64,000 nucleotides of DNA from Octopus sinensis (taxonomy: Eukaryota), in the NCBI RefSeq assembly GCF_006345805.1, contig NC_043004.1, positions 64,914,001-64,978,000 on the forward strand, written 5' to 3'. Made by a program: the position numbers and the translations under genes. Below, piece after piece: positions 23,633 through 32,207 of this stretch; positions within the stretch are counted from its first letter, which is position 1; every line of letters starts with the position of its first letter. Under the pieces are notes generated by a model. That model saw nothing but the letters and a program-made list of their open reading frames with translations, had not been told where the DNA came from and did not search any database.

Positions 23633-23718
23633 GAAATACTTTGCTTACAAATCTAAACTTGTAGTCCACCAACATACACTCATTGGAGAACATTTATCAT
23701 GGTGAAATATGATGGAAA
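23621..23718 (+). pseudogene. Relic 13th and partial 14th zinc fingers beyond the stop codon
   Basis: Restoring 2 nt after TGTGAAA gives CE[I]CEKYFAYKSKLVVHQHTLIGE; CATGGTGAAATATGATGGAAA then resembles CACTGTGAAATATGTGGGAAA. Confidence 0.8.
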
Positions 23719-23810
23719 TTGGAATTATCATTTTTCTCAATGTACTCTCATTTAAAAATAACCCTTCCACTAAAATATTTTGGAAAGCCTTTTCTGTAAA
23801 TTACAAATGT

Positions 23811-24197
23811 CATCATCATCATCATCATCATAATGTACACTTTGCTATGTTTGCATGTATCAGATGGAATTCATTGAGGCATATTTTCTGTGGCCAGATA
23901 CTCTTCCTGTCACCAGCCCTCACCTGTTTCCAAGCAAAGTAACATTTCCCATTGACTGGAAACAACTCCATTTGTGTGACTCTGATGGTTGTTTATAATC
24001 ATCATGTGATGTCAAGATAGGAGTAGAAACTATCACACACGTGTGATAGTTTCCATCTACCAAATCCACTCAAGGCTTTAGTCATCATGTGGCTGTAGCA
24101 AAAAAAACACTTGCCTAAGATGCCCTGCAGTGGGACTGAATCTAAAATCATGTGGTTTTGAAGTAAACTTCTCAACTATGCAGTCATGCCTGCACCT
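23811..24197 (-). mobile_element. tRNA-derived SINE with RTE-like 3' end, antisense to the ZNF gene
   Basis: Minus strand: A/B-box-like head, CTTAGGCAAGTG core, GGTGACAGGAAGAGTATCTGG motif and (GAT)n tail. Confidence 0.8.
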
Positions 24198-24529
24198 TGT
24201 TAAATGAATTTAGACTGGACATAGAACTATATCAGAGTGAGATAATATGTGAGGAATCATTCAGTATGAAGTTTACATTTTTAATCCAGTGTTGAATACA
24301 GACTGGAGACAAAGATTATTATTGTGACATATATTAACAATCACTCTTTGAATTCTAGTCTTGTAATCCATAAATACACTTTGAAGAAAGACCTATTCAT
24401 TGTTATTTGTCATTAAAGTTTCTTACAGAGACAGAATCTCATAAATCATGACTGGAAAGACAAAGTAAAATCTTATAGATATGAAATTATACATGGTTCA
24501 CCTACCAACCACATTTTGGACAGCAAACT

Positions 24530-26186
24530 CTCTAGGTTGAAACAGTCCATCTTAACAGTCCTGGACAAACACGCCAACCCCTTCCCACCCAACCTCTCCA
24601 AGACACAAATCATCACTTAAAAAAACTGGTTGGAAAACCTAGTCTATGTCTCCCCTCTGACAAAGACAGAGAATTTTATCTCATTATACCACACACATAT
24701 GACAATTTAGCATTCCAGCACCTTAACAATATCTACACCAGAATCACTGGGGTCACTGCAACCACACTAGAAGACCTGATCAACATCTGTAATCAGCGTA
24801 AATTCCCAGCAAGGATAAAAAGGAACTTCACCATGCGCAACAATAGAATGCCTACATTTTACCATCTTATTGAGATGCATAAACATGGACCTGACCTCCA
24901 CATCAGACCCATTGTCTCTGGCATAGAGAGACCATTCTACAAAATCTCATGGCTCCTATCCTGAAACCCCTACTGTCAACTTTCCCAGGTTATGTCAACA
25001 GCTCAGACGAGGTCATCTAACAACTGCTTTGTCTCAAACCCGACATGCTCAGACACAACAGGTATACTTTCAGTTTAGACCTGGTCTCCCTATACACCTC
25101 GGTTCTCACAATTGACCCAATCACAGAATGTGTTGCCTCCTTGGGCCTAAACTGCTTCAGACTTACCTCCTCTGACATTCACCAGCTACTATCAGTTATA
25201 GTCACCAACACACTTCAATTTCTTGGACAACACCTACAAAAAGGGTTCAGGCCTGTCAATGGGGTCCTGCCTCTCGGGCCTGCTCACTATTGCCTATTTA
25301 GACTGGCTGGAGCATAGGGCACTCAGCACCTGCCATGCATATACCTTTTTTCACCAGGTTTGTGGACAACATTCTCGTGCTCGCCCCATCCCAAAAAGAT
25401 GTCTCCACTAAACTGGAGAAGTTCAATAAAATGGACTAACATATTAGCTTCACCATTGAACACCCTAACAGTGATGGTTTTCTCTTCTCGCTCGACTTTT
25501 GGCTAAACATCACGGATGAGGGGAAAATTGACACAGTACTCTACAGAAAATCCGCTTGCTAGGACCTCTTCGTCTACTGTAAATTGGCTCTCTCTATCAA
25601 GGCCAAGATGAATTATGCACATAACAAGATCACCCAGATATGCAAAAGATGCAGTGACCACACCAGCTGGGATGCTTATGTTACCCAGTTCCTAAAGACA
25701 CTTGGGGCCAACTGATATCCTACATCCATTTCTAACTTCATACAAAAATATAGGCCAGCTAAATATCACAGGAATCTCTCTAAAGTTTGTTTCCTGAAGA
25801 TTCCTCACTGCAATGAGAAGACCATCTTGGCCGTCTACAAGGCTATCTGCAGGGAAGGACTCAACATTTGGTTGGCCCATTCAGGACCGTCCCTATGCAA
25901 ACACCTTTTAAGGAAGTGGTCATGTGCAGTACAACAGCCCTGCACACTAACAAACTGTCCCATTCGCAACTCTAACGTGTGCTTACATATGTGCGAAGTA
26001 TACTGAATATGATGCTCCAACTGTGACAACCACTACATTGGTAGCACAACACAACCGCTCCATGTCTGAATTAAGGAGCATCTCACCACCAACATGTCCT
26101 CCTTCTGCAAGTACCTGACCAGATGTGGCAACACCACTAAGGAAATAGATGCCTCCATTCTAGCCTCTGAGAACAAACACTGGCAA
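24530..26186 (+). mobile_element. Decayed Penelope-like element (RT plus GIY-YIG endonuclease)
   Basis: PTFYHLIEMHKHGPDLHIRPIVSG; SLDLVSLYTSV; GLSMGSCLSG; RFVDNI; HISFTIEH..FLFSLD; YRKS; CSNCDNHYIGSTTQPLHV*IKEH; many frameshifts and stops. Confidence 0.9.
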
Positions 26187-26700
26187 TCTCTCTATATATA
26201 AAACTGAGAATGTGTGTCTGTCTGTATGTGTACATGACTAAAACTCAAGAACTACCCAACTGATTTTATTCAAATTTTACACATGTATTACTCAGGGTCC
26301 ATGGAGTGTCATAGGCTAAAAAAAATGTTCAACTCCTTGCCTAATGTGGGCCCAGAGCAATCTCTTAGACTGGTTCAGTATTACGTGTCAAAAGTGAAAA
26401 AATAACATCTATATTTTAATGTGATATAATATTGTTTCATTTTTATTTTTTCACTTTTTAATATTGTTTCACTTTTAATTCTAATGTGATAACACTAACA
26501 TCATCTCATTTTACACATTTACCATTCAGTTACCAGTTACTATTTATCATAGTAGTTGCAAAATTGTAAGGTATTTACAGTTACATATTAACCCTTAAAT
26601 TAACATTTAATACATGTGCTTAATCTATATATATATATAAAATTCTTTGTCTCTCTGTCTGTAATCACAAGGTAGATATGTGATAACCTTTTCTTTACCA
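26187..26700 (+). mobile_element. Two Helitron-type 5' termini (26187 and 26624); no 3' terminus found
   Basis: A|TCTCTCTATATATAAAACTGAG..TGTCTGTCTG and A|TCTATATATATATATAAAATTC..TCTCTGTCTG resemble the 5' ends at 10147 and 47231. Confidence 0.55.
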
Positions 26701-26840
26701 AACTTGATGTTGTTTTATGTATATATATATATATATAACTAATGTAGGATAAAAATTTTTTTTCGGGAAAAAAATTTTATCAATGGCCAGCATATCAAAA
26801 AATACCTTTAAAGGTTAAATTTATACATAATTTACAAGAT

Positions 26841-27131
26841 ATCCAAAAGCACTAGGAATATCCCAAAACATGTTATATGGATGTCAAACACCAATGTTTG
26901 GGTGAGAGTCATAAATTTTGAAGATTGGTTTTTCAATCACTTTCTTCCAGCAGTCAAAAAACTACTGTTATGAGAGCAAATTTCTATTTTAGACAACACT
27001 CCTAGCCTCCCACAAAATGTCATTGACATTTTTCTTAATATCACAGTCGTACACTTACTGTCTAATGCCACCTCTCTACTGCAACAAAGCCCAAGTGTTA
27101 CTACCAAAGGTGTATACTCAAGCAGGGAGTA
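26841..27131. repeat. 291-bp inverted copy of 19504-19794
   Basis: Reverse-complement match with about 3 substitutions seen; the ORF track shows the same peptide MSLTFFLISQSYTYCLMPPLYCNKAQVLLPKVYTQAGS at both sites on opposite strands. Confidence 0.95.
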
Positions 27132-27176
27132 AGAAAAATTCTAATGCCAAATATGCCGAAACAAAAAATTGTCAAT

Positions 27177-27878
27177 CATCATCATCATTATCATCATTTA
27201 GCGTCCGTTTTCCATGCTAGCATGGGTTGGACGGTTCAACTGGGGTCTGGGGAGCCCGAAGGCTGCACCAGGCCCGTCAGATCCGGCAGTGTTTCTACAG
27301 CTGGATGCCCTTCCTAACGCCAACCACTCCGAGAGTGTAGTGGGTGATTTTATGTGCCACCGACACAGGTGCCAGACGAGGCTGGCGAACGGCCACGCTC
27401 AGATGGTGTTTTTATGTGCCACCGACACAGGTGCCAGACGAGGCTGGCAGACGGCCATGCTCGGATGGTGTTTTTATGTGCCACCGACACAGGTGCCAGA
27501 TGAGGCTGGCGGACGGCCACGATCGGATGGTGTTTGTTACGTCCCCAAAGCACGGAGGCCAGTCTATGCGGTACTGGCTACGGCCACGTTCGGATGATTT
27601 TCTTGTGTGCCACCGGCACTGGTACCACAAAGATACAAATTCCATTGATGTTCATCTATTTTGATTTGTTTTGATTTTCACTTGTCTCAACAGGTCTTCA
27701 CAAGTGTCACAAGAAGGAAGGTATGCACAGGTGGACTGACTACGTCCCAGGTAGGGGCCACGGGTTATGGCCTGACTAGTCTTGCCGGGTCTTCGGATGG
27801 TGTTTTTATGTGCCACCGACACAGGTGCCAGATGAGGCTGGCGAACGGCCACGATCGGATGGTGTTTGTTACGTGCCC
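27177..27878 (-). mobile_element. RTE 3'-end insertion with 62-bp repeats, plus an extra 3'UTR piece at its 5' end
   Basis: (CAT)n at 27177; repeat units at 27351, 27413 and 27475; ORF end KTRQ near 27790; a second repeat fragment at 27793-27878. Confidence 0.9.
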
Positions 27879-27937
27879 AACCATTATAATTTATGCGTCT
27901 CGAAACAAACCAATAGAAATCTCTAAAAAATTCGTTA

Positions 27938-27998
27938 TTACCGTATTGGTCCAATTTCGGGGTTAATTCATAAGAAATTTTCCCCTCTTCAGCGGCAA
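27938..27998 (-). ncRNA. Type I hammerhead ribozyme, intact core (array copy 1)
   Basis: TTGCCG CTGAAGA GGGG-19nt-CCCC GAAA TTGG-A-CCAA TA CGGTAA; predicted cleavage after AUA, between 27944 and 27943. Confidence 0.9.
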
Positions 27999-28412
27999 AC
28001 ACGCGAGATATAAGTGAAATACTTACTCATACCCATGGAAAAAGTAAGCACTCTCCTGAGCAGACTTAAGTACCCCAAATATATCCAAGATAGAAAAATA
28101 GAAAAATCTTTGGCACATCTCGAGACACGTGTGATTCGAACTAGAAATTTTCACAGAGTGACAGAACCCGGAAATGAACACAATTCAATTTATAACTAAT
28201 GTAGGATAAAAAAATTTTTTTTCGGGAAAAAAATTTTATGAATGGCCAGCATATCAAAAAATACCTTTAAAGGTTAAATTTATACATAATTTACAAGAAA
28301 AGGGCAAAAGAAAAATTCTAATGCCAAATATACCGAAACCAAAAATTGTCGATAACCATTATAATTTATGCATCTCAAAACAAACCGATAGAAATCTCTA
28401 AAAAATTTGTTA

Positions 28413-28473
28413 TTACCGTATTGGTCCAATTTCAGGGTTAATTCATAAGAAATTTTCCCCTCTTCAGCGGCAA
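28413..28473 (-). ncRNA. Type I hammerhead ribozyme, intact core (array copy 2)
   Basis: Same as copy 1 except stem II ends CCCT (G.U at 10.1/11.1); predicted cleavage between 28419 and 28418. Confidence 0.88.
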
Positions 28474-28593
28474 ACACAGCAAACATTAGTTATAAATTGA
28501 ATTGGATATATTTGGGGTACTTAGTTCTGCTCAGGACTTAGTGCTTGCTTTTTCCATGGGTATGAGTAAGTATTTCACTTATATCTTGCGTGT

Positions 28594-28654
28594 TTGCCAC
28601 TGAAGAGGGGAAAATTTCTTATGAATTAACCCCGAAATTGGACCAATACGGTAA
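28594..28654 (+). ncRNA. Type I hammerhead ribozyme, intact core (array copy 3, inverted)
   Basis: TTGCCA CTGAAGA GGGG..CCCC GAAA TTGGACCAA TA CGGTAA; A.C mismatch at the first stem I pair next to the cleavage site. Confidence 0.85.
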
Positions 28655-28868
28655 TAACAAATTTTTTAGAGATTTCTATCAGTTTATTTCGAGACGCATA
28701 ACTTATAATGGTTATTGACAATTTTTTTTTTGGCATATTTGGCATTAGAATTTTTCTTTTGCTCTTATTTGTAAATTATATATATATATATAAGCATTCA
28801 AAAGAAATTAAGAAAATGGAGATATAGCATTTAATAAAAATTTATTATCTGCAAAAATCAAGCATAGT

Positions 28869-28951
28869 CCCTTACAGTTGTTTCAATTAAGCCTAAAAGA
28901 TTAAATAGCGATTATTAAAATCATTATTTTGGGCAAAATCTCTTCAGAGGG
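28869..28951 (-). ncRNA. Type I hammerhead ribozyme of a second family, long stem II
   Basis: CCCT CTGAAGA GATT-TT-GCC..GGC-TT-AATT GAAA CAACTG TA AGGG; GUA triplet; stem III is one base off the palindrome CAGCTG. Confidence 0.78.
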
Positions 28952-29262
28952 GTAGAAGACAGATATACCATTAGGTTTTTTTATGTGTTGTATTTTTGAA
29001 TCATTACAGCAGACTGAGTATTATTTTACTGCTAATATTGGTATATGCCTGGGTTAGGGGGTTCTAGATTGTTTTAGTGGGTAATGGATAATATGTGAAT
29101 CGAGTTAGGGTAGTAATGAGTAAATAAATAGAGGTTGAAAAGTAAATTACAATGAAGCAAAGTATCATGAATGAGGGGATAAATATTTACCTAAGTTGTT
29201 TATAAAGCTGAGAGAACTTCTATAACAACTAGCTGAGATCAGGATTAAAGTGGCATAGTTTT

Positions 29263-29458
29263 TTATTGCCTTACCTGTTTTGGTCATGTGACTGCAGCCC
29301 TGCTGGAGCACCACCTTTAGTCAAAGAAATCAACCCCAGGATTTATTCTTTGTAAGCCTAGTACATACTCTATCGGAGTGTTTTGCCAAACAGCTAAGTT
29401 ACGGGGACGTTAACACAGCAGCATCGACTGTCTAAAGATGGTGGAGGGACAGACAGAC
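29263..29458 (-). mobile_element. SINE 3' part (same family as 17361)
   Basis: Diverged copy of the ..GGTGGTGCTCCAGCA..GCAGTCACATGACC.. end. Confidence 0.8.
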
Positions 29459-29509
29459 ACACACATACACACATACCTATATATATATATAGACATATAT
29501 AATATATAC

Positions 29510-29543
<34 letters not shown>

Positions 29544-29550
29544 ATATATA

Positions 29551-29850
29551 TATAAGAATTATTTGCGTAATAAGATAAAAAAACCCAAGGCTGTATAGAT
29601 ATTAAAGCATTTATAGATAGAAGGTCTTACAGCTGTTTCTAGGATATTAATTAATAATATCCCTTCATTGGCGATATGTCCCCTGTGTTTATGCCCCCAT
29701 AACTTAGCCATTTGGCAAAACACACCGTCTCCAATGAAGGGATATTATTAATTAATATCCTAGAAACAGCTGTAAGACCTTCTATCTATAAATGCTCTAA
29801 TATCTATACAGCCTTGGGTTTTTTATTTTATTGTGCAAAAAATTCTTATA
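29551..29850. repeat. Long palindrome (about 120-bp arms, 59-nt spacer); each arm carries a variant hammerhead core
   Basis: 29551-29671 versus 29731-29850, with one mismatch in the inner about 85 bp; plus arm GTCT CCAATGA..GAAA CAGCTG TA AGAC (29727-29778). Confidence 0.9.
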
Positions 29851-30003
29851 TACACATGCTGACATAGAACCAACGTTGAACCATTTATTCGCAATATTAC
29901 CGAATCTGGAACTTAACTATGGTCTGTCTATAGCACTTATTCAGCATTACCTGACACCCTGTGGGTCTCTATGACACCGTTATCACAAAAACACACACAT
30001 AGA

Positions 30004-32005
30004 TCATCATCATCATCATCGTTTAACGTTCGTTTTTCATGATAGCATGGGTTGGACGGTTCAACTGGGGTCTGGGAAGCCAGGAGGCTGCGCCAGGCCC
30101 AGTCTGATCTGGCAGTGTTTCTACAGTTGGATGCCCTTCCTAATGCCAACCACTCCGAGAATGTAGTGGGTGCTTTTTATGTGCCACCTGCACAGGTGCC
30201 AGACGAGGCTGGCAAACGGCCACGATCAGATGATGTTTTTTCGTGCCACCGGCACAGAGGCCAGTTGGGGCGGCGCTGGCAACAGCCACGTTCGGACGGT
30301 TCTCTTACGTGCCACCGGCACTGGTATCTCAGCTACAATTTCCATTGATGTTGAAAGATTTTGATTTTGATTTTCATTTTCACTTGCCTCAACAGGTCTT
30401 CGCAACTAGAGTTTGTGTCACAAGAAGGAAAGGTATGCATAAGTGGGCTGGCTGCGTCCCAGGTAGAGGCCACAGGTTATGGTCTCACTTGTCCAGCCGG
30501 GTCTTTCCACGCACAGCATACTTCCAAAGGTCTCGGTCTCTAGTCATTTCCTCGGTGAGACCTAAAGTTCGAAGGTCGTTCTTCACAACCTCGTCCCAGG
30601 TTTTCCTGGGTCTACCTCTTCCACAGGTTCCCTCAACCGCCAGGGTGTGGCACTTTTTCACACAACTATCTTCATCCATTCTCGCTACATGACCATACCA
30701 GCGCAAACGTCTCTCTTGCACACCACGACTGATGCTTCTTAGGTCCAACTTTTCTCTCAAGGTACTTACACTCTGTCGAGTATGAACACTGACATTACAC
30801 ATCCATCGGAGCATACTGGCTTCATTTCTTGCAAGCTTACACATATCCTCAGCAGTCACGGTCCATGTTTCACTGCCATGTAGCATGGCCGTGCGTACAC
30901 ATGCGTCATACAGTCTGCCTTTTACTCTGTGCAAGAGGCCTTTTGTCACCAGCAGAGGTAAGAGCTCTCTGAACTTTGCCCAGGCTATTCTTACTCTAGC
31001 AGTTACACTTTCAGCACACCCACCTGACTTGGTCACCTAGGTAACGGAAGCTATCAACTACTTCTAGTTTTTCTCCCTGAATGTAGCGGAAGTTGGTCTC
31101 TGAGCATTTTCAGTGTTTATTGCTCCTGAGCATCTGCCACATACAAAAACTATTTTCCTAGTTAACCTTCCTTTGACATTGCTGCACCTCTTATGTGTCC
31201 ATTGCTTACACTTGGTGCATCTTATAGAGTTTCTACCTACGCCTTTTCTACAGATCGAGCAGGGCCATCTACCTGACGGCGTTTATGATTTGCCTGCCTT
31301 CCTACATATTAAGACTTTGGTTTTAGCTAGATTGATTTTTAAGGCCCTTCGATTCTAATCCTTGTCTCCACACTTGAAACTTTGCCTCTAGTTCTGATAG
31401 TGACTCAGCAATTAGAGCAAGGTCGTCAGCGTATAGGAGCTCCCAGGGGCATCCTGTCTTGAATTCCTCCATTATTGCCTGGAGGACTATGATAAATAGG
31501 AGGGGGATGAGGACTAAACCTTGGTGGACCCCTACCTCTACTTTGAATTCTTTAGTGTACTCGTTGCTAACCCTCACCTTACTTACAGCGTCTCTGTACA
31601 TGGCTTGCACAGCTCTCACTAACCATTCATCTATCCCTAGTTTCCTCATTGACCACCAGATAAGGGATCGGGGGACCCTGTCAAAGACTTTCTCCATGTC
31701 AACGAAAGCCAGGTACAGGGGCTTATCCTTGGCTAGGTATTTCTCCTGCAGCTGCCTTACCAGAAATATGGCATCAGTGGTGCTTTTTCCTGGCACGAAA
31801 CCAAACTGCATCTCATCCAAGCTGACTCTCTCCCTAATCAGTTGGGCTCTGACCCTCTCCGTAACCTTCATTACCTGATCCAACAGTTTGATACCTCTGT
31901 AATTATTTGTATCTAAAGCGTCACCCTTACCTTTGTAGCAGTTGACTAGTATGCTGCTACACCAGTCATTGGGTATGACTCCTTCGTGTATCACCTGGTT
32001 AACTA
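30004..32005 (-). mobile_element. 5'-truncated RTE LINE (RT to 3'UTR)
   Basis: ORFs 31323-31994 (YADD) and 30485-31036; nearly the same sequence as 11500-12715. Confidence 0.95.
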
Positions 32006-32176
32006 AACTGGCAACCCCACCAGGCTTGTTTGGTGAGGAGGGTGATTGTTGGACACCCTGTGGGATGAAAAATAAAACCTGTCAAAGGGCAAGGGAACTC
32101 ATGAATAGTCCCAGGCCATCCAACAAATATGTGCCAATATGTATATATCGTTTTATGTATTATTATATGTATGTAC

Positions 32177-32207
<31 letters not shown>

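Larger units (their letters stand above)
26734..28790. mobile_element. Hammerhead-ribozyme-bearing repeat array (two direct units plus one inverted unit), PLE pseudo-LTR/retrozyme-like
   Basis: Unit A 26734-28088 is interrupted by two insertions; unit B 28181-28477; inverted unit C 28483-about 28780. Each has one hammerhead, and both outer ends meet (TA)n. Confidence 0.85.

Noticed and set aside
32006-32138. Possible HDV-like ribozyme in the RTE 5' region
   Set aside because: RTE 5'UTRs can carry one, but I could not build the nested double pseudoknot from this sequence; it may be truncated.
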